Shown here piece after piece: positions 7,935 through 14,443 of a DNA stretch of 16,802 nucleotides. The notes under the pieces were generated by a model. That model saw only the letters and a program-made list of their open reading frames with translations. It was not told the DNA's origin and ran no database searches. The stretch spans positions 197,975 to 214,776 of IMG/VR virus record IMGVR_UViG_3300032330_001609, one strand, 5' to 3'. This stretch comes from a virus (lineage: Duplodnaviria > Heunggongvirae > Uroviricota > Caudoviricetes). The translations under genes were made by a program, and so were the position numbers. Position 1 is the first letter of the stretch. Each line of letters starts with the position of its first letter.

Positions 7935-8162
7935 TTATTTTTTTTTATTTTTCTTTCTTTTTTTTGATTTCAAAGTTGCGATAGCATCTGAGGTTATATT
8001 AACTAAACCTTCTTCCATACCATATACGTCAACATTGATTTTCACATTAAGGTTTTTATTTTTAAGTTGTTTAACTATTTTACGTTTTAGTTTTGATTTG
8101 ACTTTACTCAAATCTAAATCGACTAATACGTCAAACCCGGTGTTTTGCACATTTTCACTCAT
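7935..8162 (-). CDS. Hypothetical Lys-rich protein
   Basis: Tightly packed operon ORF. Confidence 0.65.
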   Translation of the reverse strand: MSENVQNTGFDVLVDLDLSKVKSKLKRKIVKQLKNKNLNVKINVDVYGMEEGLVNITSDAIATLKSKKRKKNKKK

Positions 8163-8386
8163 TACGCTTTTTGTTTAGATGGAACAATAGTTGATGCTTT
8201 TGCCACGGCAACGTCTTTGGATTTTAATCCTTTCTCAACAAGTTTACCTGATTTATAGATTCGGTAATCAAATGTCATTGAATATCCGTGTTTTTTTGTT
8301 GTGTCAGGTTTTTTTGTTGCTAACACATAAATGTCGTGGTTGTTAACTTTAACGACGTACTTTCCTTTTGAACTTGCTTTTCCCAT
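8162..8386 (-). CDS. Hypothetical basic protein
   Basis: First gene after the promoter; TAATG overlap with the next gene. Confidence 0.72.
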   Translation of the reverse strand: MGKASSKGKYVVKVNNHDIYVLATKKPDTTKKHGYSMTFDYRIYKSGKLVEKGLKSKDVAVAKASTIVPSKQKA

Positions 8387-8420
8387 TTTAATTATTTAAG
8401 GTTATTTTACTTTGATGGTA

Positions 8421-8451
8421 CAAAGATAAATTAAATAATTTAATCTGACAA
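8421..8451 (-). promoter_or_regulatory. Bacteroidota-type promoter of the clpP operon
   Basis: Minus strand TTG (8451-8449), 20 nt, TATCTTTG (8428-8421). Confidence 0.7.
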
Positions 8452-8488
8452 CTTTTAATTAAAAAAAATTTTGTTTATATTTGATTTT

Positions 8489-8779
8489 ATGAGACGAGAA
8501 ATGTTTGAGAAGGTTTTACAGATTATGTTACCCGGTAGTGAAATACTAACATATGAGATATTACCAAGAAACCAATTGAATGAAAATAATGAATGGATAC
8601 CTGATAGTCCTGCAATATTTGTTTCTATCAAATATGTGTCGGATGATAATAATGATATTCGTAGTGGAAGACTTGGTGAAAGATTAAGTGATATGACAGG
8701 TATGGAGGTAATTATTGACGGATGGTTGAATATGAGAAATTATAATAGTAAAATTAAAGTAGATAGTGAAGAAACCTGA
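8489..8779 (+). CDS. Hypothetical protein
   Basis: First ATG at 8489, just after a TATATTTG element (8476-8483). Confidence 0.68.
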   Translation: MRREMFEKVLQIMLPGSEILTYEILPRNQLNENNEWIPDSPAIFVSIKYVSDDNNDIRSGRLGERLSDMTGMEVIIDGWLNMRNYNSKIKVDSEET

Positions 8780-9158
8780 TTTAGTTGTTTGGAATGAAAA
8801 GGATGGTTACGATGCAAAATCAAAGTCGTATCCAACAAGTGCTGGGAGTCAAGGTTTTGATTTACCGAATGTTCCGTTGTTTAGGACTCAATCATCAAAA
8901 AAAATGATGAATGTGTTTAACAGAGAACGACAAGAGATTGTAGAACGGATTGAAAAAATGTATGATGAGTACAACACTTCTATTATGGTGTGGGAATCTA
9001 AAATTTCTTTTGAGCCAATAGTTGGAAAGTCATATTTTTTATATAACTTTGCCGGAGAATTAACATTATCGTTAATAGCGCCCAATGAATGGAAACGAGG
9101 TGATGATTTTGTTGGTGAGTATTTATTAAATTCTGATAACAAATGGATAAAACAGTAA
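8766..9158 (+). CDS. DUF2452-like protein
   Basis: SYPTSAG...SKISFEPIVGKSYFLY...LSLIAPNEW...F.GEY.LNSDNKW resembles the Flavobacteriia DUF2452 pattern (recalled). GTG start. Confidence 0.65.
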   Translation: MKKPDLVVWNEKDGYDAKSKSYPTSAGSQGFDLPNVPLFRTQSSKKMMNVFNRERQEIVERIEKMYDEYNTSIMVWESKISFEPIVGKSYFLYNFAGELTLSLIAPNEWKRGDDFVGEYLLNSDNKWIKQ

Positions 9159-9475
9159 AAGAGTACATATTATGTGCTGCGATTTGGTATAAAGATATAC
9201 CATTAAAAAAAGTAATTGAAGGTGTCCTTCCAAAGAATTGTGATAGAGGATTGGTAGTGTTGGGGCATAGACACGGACAAGCTTTATGGACGATGGGTAG
9301 TTTAACCGGACTACGAAGTGTGACAAATGCTGAAGATGGTGTTGGAGAACACGAACAAGGATTTTTAACAAACACAAATAGATTTGTGGATAGGGAAGAA
9401 GGTGGACGAATTGCATTTGAGGCCGGTCAAACAAAAGATTTAAGAACAACATTATTCTCAGAAGATTTATATTAA
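9143..9475 (+). CDS. Conserved phage hypothetical protein
   Basis: ILCAAIW...GHRH...EQGFLTN.NRFVDREE...GQ...LFSEDLY, a widespread phage family pattern. Confidence 0.8.
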   Translation: MDKTVKEYILCAAIWYKDIPLKKVIEGVLPKNCDRGLVVLGHRHGQALWTMGSLTGLRSVTNAEDGVGEHEQGFLTNTNRFVDREEGGRIAFEAGQTKDLRTTLFSEDLY

Positions 9476-9479
9476 GAGT

Positions 9480-9698
9480 ATGTGTAAGAAACCTTGTAAA
9501 GAATGTCCCTGGATAGTTAGGAATCATTTTAATGATATGATTATCGGACATTCGATGAAACACGACAAGTCCCACAATTGTCATATGATACCTCCGGAGA
9601 AAAGAGGTGGTCTGTGGGAAACAAAAGAAGAAACAAAATGTATTGGTAGACAACAATTTGAAAAACAAAAAGAATATGAAAGCAACATTATCGTATAA
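9480..9698 (+). CDS. Small Cys/His-rich putative zinc-binding protein
   Basis: PCKECPW...NCH...KCIG spacing. Confidence 0.65.
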   Translation: MCKKPCKECPWIVRNHFNDMIIGHSMKHDKSHNCHMIPPEKRGGLWETKEETKCIGRQQFEKQKEYESNIIV

Positions 9699-9927
9699 CT
9701 TAAACGACCCGGATGACAGAATGGCTCACTTGAGAGCGGTTAAATCTTTGGATATGGCATCGGCCTTATTTGAAATTACAAGAAATTTGAAAAGACGAAT
9801 TGAAAACCGATTTGAAAACGTTGATAACTCAAATAATGATGTGTTTGACGGAATTCAAGAAGTTTTTGAAGGGATTTACGAGATATTGCAAGATAATAGT
9901 ATAGACATTGACGAATTAATTAATTAA
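9676..9927 (+). CDS. Conserved phage hypothetical protein
   Basis: Start moved to ATG 9676 (MKATLSYNLNDPDD...). Confidence 0.75.
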   Translation: MKATLSYNLNDPDDRMAHLRAVKSLDMASALFEITRNLKRRIENRFENVDNSNNDVFDGIQEVFEGIYEILQDNSIDIDELIN

Positions 9928-9930
9928 GAA

Positions 9931-10134
9931 ATGGAACAAGCAGAATTAGAATTTATGTTCTTTATGAGAGGAACATCCGGGTCGTTTATGACAAACTTAT
10001 TTAAGACCATTATGAGTGCTGATATACAAAATCAGATGAAATTATCATTAGGTTTTCCTAATGAGGTAGAAGTGGTTCGTAGATATAGAAATGAAGATGG
10101 GTATTGGCAAAAATTACAAGAAAAAATAAAATGA
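9931..10134 (+). CDS. Hypothetical protein
   Basis: Operon-packed ORF; GSFMTNLFKTI..AD..N..KL..GFP.EV pattern. Confidence 0.72.
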   Translation: MEQAELEFMFFMRGTSGSFMTNLFKTIMSADIQNQMKLSLGFPNEVEVVRRYRNEDGYWQKLQEKIK

Positions 10135-10580
10135 AAAAGTTAATTTTATTATTATGTTTCGTGTTAACATCGTGTTATGTTCCGGAACTACGTGAAGGTC
10201 CTATTAGTAATACGGACCCTATTATTGTTACACCACCCGGGAATGGGGGTACAATTACAACCCCAACATTAGTTGGTCAAACTTGGCGTATATTTTATTA
10301 CCGAGTTGGGTCAACTAGTCAGGTAATGATGACCAACGATACATTAGTATTCTTAACCTCATCAACATATAAATTTAATGGTTATCAATCAACATATCAC
10401 TTAACACCAACCGGTTCCGGATATAATTTAAGTTTATATGAAACACCTTGGGGTAATTTAAGTGGTTCAATATTATCAAACAATTTAACTCAAGGTCAGA
10501 TATTGGGAACCAAGTTTGTGGACATCTCAACCGGGTCATCAAATACCACTGAGTATTACTTGTGGATGAATAAAATATAA
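10131..10580 (+). CDS. Putative lipoprotein, beta-rich (lipocalin-like possible)
   Basis: Start moved to ATG 10131; MKKLILLLCFVLTSC lipobox. Confidence 0.72.
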   Translation: MKKLILLLCFVLTSCYVPELREGPISNTDPIIVTPPGNGGTITTPTLVGQTWRIFYYRVGSTSQVMMTNDTLVFLTSSTYKFNGYQSTYHLTPTGSGYNLSLYETPWGNLSGSILSNNLTQGQILGTKFVDISTGSSNTTEYYLWMNKI

Positions 10581-10585
10581 TTAAG

Positions 10586-11266
10586 ATGATAGATAAATTA
10601 TTTGAAAAGTTTATGACCACCTCAGAAGGTGACCCCGATTTAATTTGGAACAAAGAACAATTTGTTAATATGTTATTGACTGACGATGAGTTCTATCAAA
10701 AGTGGGGTGAAGATTCTTGTGTGGAATTGACTTATGAAGAAAGATATAAATATTGGTTTTCGCATAACTATGAAACAGGAATGGAGTATTATCCTGATAA
10801 TGTTCCCGATTTTGATAATGATTATTATGAACCAACACCAAAAAGAAAAATAAAAGAAATGGAATTAAGTGTAATGGAAAGGTATGTTGCATTCATATGT
10901 AGTGAACTACCAAAAACGAGAAGAGTATTATTAAATCCCCCACCTCCGATGGAAAACGGAGAGTATGGGTATAAGAGATTGAGTAAAATCGGCCCTCACG
11001 TTTATATGATGGTTGATATTGAGATTGTTGAAACATATACTCGTTCGGCTAAGTTGTGTATCAAATTTGAAGATTATCAAATAAACGATATATTTTATAT
11101 GTCCCGTCATAAAGGGCCGGATAAACTATTGGAGGAAATTGATAAGAAAATTGATAAGATTGTTAATAAAACCTTAATTGAGGATGGAAGACAAGAATGG
11201 GTTAGAGAACAATATAAAATCAAGAGTGATAATTTCCCAATTTTCAAAATAAAAACTGAGGAGTAA
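10586..11266 (+). CDS. Hypothetical protein whose N-terminal ~90 aa resembles the inserts of the nearby thymidylate synthase
   Basis: FVNMLLTDDEFYQKWGE and ELTYEER...W...PTPKRKI match thyA inserts 1 and 2. Confidence 0.75.
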   Translation: MIDKLFEKFMTTSEGDPDLIWNKEQFVNMLLTDDEFYQKWGEDSCVELTYEERYKYWFSHNYETGMEYYPDNVPDFDNDYYEPTPKRKIKEMELSVMERYVAFICSELPKTRRVLLNPPPPMENGEYGYKRLSKIGPHVYMMVDIEIVETYTRSAKLCIKFEDYQINDIFYMSRHKGPDKLLEEIDKKIDKIVNKTLIEDGRQEWVREQYKIKSDNFPIFKIKTEE

Positions 11267-11457
11267 TGTATATCATAGTTTGGAGAAATAGTCACCGGGA
11301 ACCATTTATTGATGTGGATTCTCGTCAATTTATGGAATCGTATTATAGTTACGAGGAGGCTAAGGTGGCGGCCGAAGAAATTGTTAAAAACGAAAACGAG
11401 GGTGAACCAAGTCCTTGGTATTTTGATTATAAAATTTATGAAGAGTGTAATGAATAA
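11266..11457 (+). CDS. Small hypothetical protein (Y.SYEEAK motif)
   Basis: TAATG overlap upstream; ATGAATAA overlap downstream. Confidence 0.7.
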   Translation: MYIIVWRNSHREPFIDVDSRQFMESYYSYEEAKVAAEEIVKNENEGEPSPWYFDYKIYEECNE

Positions 11458-11468
11458 ATTAGATAAAC
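11450..11468 (+). repeat. 19-bp direct repeat ATGAATAAATTAGATAAAC, copy 1 (copy 2 at 12766-12784)
   Basis: Exact match at the start codons of the array gene and thyA. Confidence 0.8.
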
Positions 11469-12058
11469 TTTGTATTAAATGGTTGAATGATAATTACAAC
11501 CATATGGAACCATTTATTATAAAAACATACCCTGATTATATTTTTCATATGAAAGATGGGAAATGTATTTTACAATACAATAAAAAAAATGGGTATGTTT
11601 ATGTGAGTTATAGAGAAATTTGGAAGTTTTTTGAATCCTATTTTAGTATGGATAACCAACAAATTAAGGACATCACAAAGATATGGGTGGAGGAACACTA
11701 CAAAATGGGGGTGACAACAACTCTAATTGAATTTCGTCAGATTGTAAATTTGGTGGAGGAACACTACAAAATGGGGGTAACAACAACTTCCTTCAGCACA
11801 ATTAATCTTGCTATACCGGTGGAGGAACACTACAAAATGGGGGTAACAACAACCAGAAGCATCAGCCGAACCATTATAGACCGGGTGGAGGAACACTACA
11901 AAATGGGGGTAACAACAACTGTTGTAAAAGATACCTTTGATGGTATTAAGATAGAGGAACAATACAAAGAAATTCAAACAATCAACAACCAATTAGAATT
12001 TTATTCTGAAAGGGATGTTGAAGAGTTATACAAACAAAACAAATGGATAAAAAATTAG
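11450..12058 (+). CDS. Paralog-family protein with in-frame repeat-spacer array (VEEHYKMGVTTT x4 plus variable decapeptides), 202 aa
   Basis: Start moved to ATG 11450, overlapping the upstream stop. The frame stays open through the whole array. Confidence 0.8.
   Translation: MNKLDKLCIKWLNDNYNHMEPFIIKTYPDYIFHMKDGKCILQYNKKNGYVYVSYREIWKFFESYFSMDNQQIKDITKIWVEEHYKMGVTTTLIEFRQIVNLVEEHYKMGVTTTSFSTINLAIPVEEHYKMGVTTTRSISRTIIDRVEEHYKMGVTTTVVKDTFDGIKIEEQYKEIQTINNQLEFYSERDVEELYKQNKWIKN
11686..11985. CRISPR. Cas-less CRISPR-like mini-array embedded in a CDS: 36-nt repeats, 30-nt spacers
   Basis: GGTGGAGGAACACTACAAAATGGGGGTAACAACAAC at 11686 (one A>G), 11752, 11818 and 11884. A degenerate copy at 11950 matches 16 of its first 19 nt. 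The four spacers are unrelated and exactly 30 nt. The structure is certain; CRISPR function is inferred. Confidence 0.65.
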
Positions 12059-12219
12059 ATATTAGTTGGAAATCTTATTCAAAAACCTTACCTTTGTCCA
12101 AAGAAATCTATTTGGATGTGTTTGGTGAGCCAAAGACCCACGCAGAATGGGCGGATAGTTTCAATAAAATAGGAAGAATAAACAGGTTAATAATAAAACA
12201 CGCAGATGACATACGATGA
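12043..12219 (+). CDS. Small hypothetical protein, 58 aa
   Basis: MDKKLDISWKSYSKTLPLSKEIYLDVFGEPKTHAEWADSFNKIGRINRLIIKHADDIR* fills the apparent gap and overlaps both neighbours. Confidence 0.6.
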   Translation: MDKKLDISWKSYSKTLPLSKEIYLDVFGEPKTHAEWADSFNKIGRINRLIIKHADDIR

Positions 12220-12436
12220 TTTAGAAAAATGGGAAAGTGTCCAATATAGAATGGATGAAGAAGGATTTGATTATTGTTTTGAAAGTTATAGTCGTTGGGA
12301 TGAAATCAAAGATGAAGAGTTCCACCGATTAAGATTGGGTTTCTTACAATCTATGGAAGACCTTAGAAATTATATTGATAAAAAAGTTGATGAAGGTAGA
12401 GGTCAAGAATTAGATGGTGAATTGGATGATGAGTAA
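12206..12436 (+). CDS. Acidic hypothetical protein
   Basis: Operon-packed ORF, 76 aa. Confidence 0.72.
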   Translation: MTYDDLEKWESVQYRMDEEGFDYCFESYSRWDEIKDEEFHRLRLGFLQSMEDLRNYIDKKVDEGRGQELDGELDDE

Positions 12437-12575
12437 TACACAATCAACCGACGATGAATTATGGGACTATTATAGTGGGTTACCAAATCCAATGTGGTAT
12501 CAACGTAATAAAGAATTAGAGGATGAGGAAGAAGATACAAGTGATAGTGATGATACTAAAGTTACTACTGAATAA
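12429..12575 (+). CDS. Small acidic protein, 48 aa
   Basis: MSNTQSTDDELWDYYSGLPNPMWY...; ATGAGTAA overlap with the upstream gene. Confidence 0.6.
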   Translation: MSNTQSTDDELWDYYSGLPNPMWYQRNKELEDEEEDTSDSDDTKVTTE

Positions 12576-12599
12576 AATAAAACGAAAAAGAAAAAGTAT

Positions 12600-12773
12600 A
12601 TGGGACTTATAAATAATCTTTATGCTGTGTATGAAAAATCACCGGCACACGGGAGCAAAGAACATAATGTAATCTTGGCTCCTTTCAAAACTAAAGAAGA
12701 AGCAGAACAAAGCAGAATTAAATATGGTTATAACACCGATAATTATTACGTAGATATTTTGAAATATGAATAA
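12600..12773 (+). CDS. Small hypothetical protein, 57 aa (FKTKEEAE motif)
   Basis: MGLINNLYAVYEK...YVDILKYE*; ATGAATAA overlap with thyA. Confidence 0.62.
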   Translation: MGLINNLYAVYEKSPAHGSKEHNVILAPFKTKEEAEQSRIKYGYNTDNYYVDILKYE

Positions 12774-12784
12774 ATTAGATAAAC
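12766..12784 (+). repeat. 19-bp direct repeat, copy 2
   Basis: Identical to 11450-11468. Confidence 0.8.
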
Positions 12785-14004
12785 AATACACAGACTTGCT
12801 CCAAGACATCTTAGATAACGGAGTAACAAAGCAAGACAGAACAGGTACAGGAACAATTTCAGTATTCGGAAGACAAATACGTCACGATATGAAAGATGGC
12901 TTTCCATTACTCACAACTAAGAAGATGCCATTTAAAACAATCGTAACAGAACTACTTTGGTTCTTACGAGGTGACACCAACATTAAGTTTTTGGTTGATA
13001 ATAATTGTCACATTTGGGATGGTGATGCTTATAAGAGATATGAGAATAGTTATGCCGCTTGGGTTGGAAATTCTTCGTGGTCAAATAATGCTGAGCCTTG
13101 GGATATGGAAAACTTTATTCGACTAATAAAAGAAGACGAGAGGTTTTGTTCCATATTTGGTGAGTTAGGTCCAATTTACGGTAAGCAATGGAGAAGTTGG
13201 GATGGTTATCATAATGCAATTGGTGAAGATAATAGATTCATAAAAAATATGAATGGTATAGACCAAATCCAAAATCTAATCAACGACCTTAAAACAAATC
13301 CAGACTCAAGACGATTAATGGTTAATGCTTGGAATGTTGGAGAGCTGGATTCTATGGTCTTGCCACCTTGCCATTATGGATTTCAAGTTTATACAAGAGA
13401 GTTGAGTGATGAGGAAAGATTATCTTGGATGAAACAAAATAAAAGTAATGTTGTTTTACCAATGAGAGACCCTAGTGTTGAGTTTTCTATGGATGAGTTT
13501 TTTAGACCTTATGGTGTACCTAAACGAGCAATCTCTTTAATGTGGAATCAAAGAAGTGTTGATACATTCTTAGGTTTACCATTCAACATCGCATCTTATG
13601 GATTATTATTAGAAATAATTGCAAAAGAAGTTAATATGGTTCCTGAAGAGTTGATTGGAAATTTAGGTGATGTTCATTTATACTCAAACCATATTGAACA
13701 AGCAAAAGAACAGATTGGAAGAGAATATACTCACCAAGAAAGAACAGAATTGTTAAAACAAGCGATGGGTAAAGAAAGATATGATAAAGCAGTTGATGAA
13801 TTGATGCCGTTCGGTGGTGGGTTAAGTAGTGAATATGAATGGTATAAAATACCTCATCATTCAAGAGAACCTTATAAGTTACCAAGATTGAAATTCTCAC
13901 CTTGCCCAATAACCGGAATTGATATTGAGTATCAATCAATAGCTCAATTCCAAATTGAGAATTACGAATCACATCCAACAATTAAAGCACCTTTAAGCAA
14001 TTAA
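12766..14004 (+). CDS. thyA: Thymidylate synthase with three large inserts
   Basis: DRTGTGT, ELLWFL, LGPIYGKQWR, SRR, LPPCH (catalytic Cys), QRSVD, PFNIASY (Asn, dUMP-specific), GDVHLY, HPTIKAPLS. Confidence 0.97.
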   Translation: MNKLDKQYTDLLQDILDNGVTKQDRTGTGTISVFGRQIRHDMKDGFPLLTTKKMPFKTIVTELLWFLRGDTNIKFLVDNNCHIWDGDAYKRYENSYAAWVGNSSWSNNAEPWDMENFIRLIKEDERFCSIFGELGPIYGKQWRSWDGYHNAIGEDNRFIKNMNGIDQIQNLINDLKTNPDSRRLMVNAWNVGELDSMVLPPCHYGFQVYTRELSDEERLSWMKQNKSNVVLPMRDPSVEFSMDEFFRPYGVPKRAISLMWNQRSVDTFLGLPFNIASYGLLLEIIAKEVNMVPEELIGNLGDVHLYSNHIEQAKEQIGREYTHQERTELLKQAMGKERYDKAVDELMPFGGGLSSEYEWYKIPHHSREPYKLPRLKFSPCPITGIDIEYQSIAQFQIENYESHPTIKAPLSN

Positions 14005-14006
14005 AA

Positions 14007-14243
14007 ATGTTAATACATATTCAGACACAGGAATTGGAAAAAGAGTTCATAAATCCGGTTAAAAATGGGTTTGTGTCTCATCCGGCAATTGATTATCAAA
14101 CAAATGCCGTCCACGCACAATACGAAGGAAAAGATGTGATAATCTTTAACTTCAAAAAGTATGGGTGGTTAAACGATAACAGATATAACACCTACAACCT
14201 ATCATTAGGACCTGCAGGTATAACAATTGAAATAATAATATGA
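14007..14243 (+). CDS. Hypothetical protein
   Basis: Operon-packed ORF, 78 aa. Confidence 0.68.
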   Translation: MLIHIQTQELEKEFINPVKNGFVSHPAIDYQTNAVHAQYEGKDVIIFNFKKYGWLNDNRYNTYNLSLGPAGITIEIII

Positions 14244-14443
14244 AAAGTCCATTAACCGGAAAAGAAATGAAACTAATGTCGGAACCATCCACATTAACTT
14301 ACAGAGGAAAACAATATAATGTGAATCACCACTTCTACCTATGTGAATTATCAAACGAACAATTTACGACAACAGAATTAGATGAACAAAATTTAGACGA
14401 ATTATATAAACAAGTAGAAAATGAACGAAGCATCAGAATTTGA
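14240..14443 (+). CDS. Stand-alone N-terminal domain resembling Bacteroidota MqsA-like (YgiT-type) antitoxins
   Basis: MKSPLTGKEMKL...R...H.Y.CE.S.EQFTTT.LDE.N...Y.Q matches the recalled N-terminus of Bacteroidota MqsA-like/DUF4065 antitoxins. It stops before any HTH. Confidence 0.6.
   Translation: MKSPLTGKEMKLMSEPSTLTYRGKQYNVNHHFYLCELSNEQFTTTELDEQNLDELYKQVENERSIRI

Noticed and set aside
11921-11956. Spacer 4 begins GTTGTAAAAG and contains an ATACC/GGTAT hairpin, superficially like another CRISPR repeat
   Set aside because: Single copy, no closing CAAC, and only a 5-bp stem; compatible with chance.
11686-11985. Diversity-generating retroelement or TIGR-type explanation for the variable segments
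   Set aside because: No reverse transcriptase, template repeat or adenine-specific pattern is present. The unit has one 30-nt spacer rather than two short spacers.
11723-11992. Antisense ORF with CCYPHFVVFLH repeats running through the array
   Set aside because: It is largely open because the repeat has no stop in that frame. It has no operon context or promoter and lies opposite a gene that fits the plus-strand operon.
12066-12096. TTG-N20-TACCTTTG Bacteroidota-like promoter downstream of the array
   Set aside because: It lies inside a plausible 58-aa ORF (12043-12219), faces away from the array and cannot serve as its leader; it may be chance.
12799-12834. ThyA N-terminal LQDILDNGVTKQ resembles the repeat unit IDDILENGIKET
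   Set aside because: The IL-x-x-G segment is canonical in ThyA enzymes; a short amphipathic similarity is not evidence of common origin.
12766-14004. Intron, intein or homing endonuclease in thyA; alternative genetic code
   Set aside because: The frame is uninterrupted and the inserts are only about 45-50 aa without intein splice motifs. Genes are coherent in the standard code, with TAA and TAG stops followed closely by the next start or a terminator.
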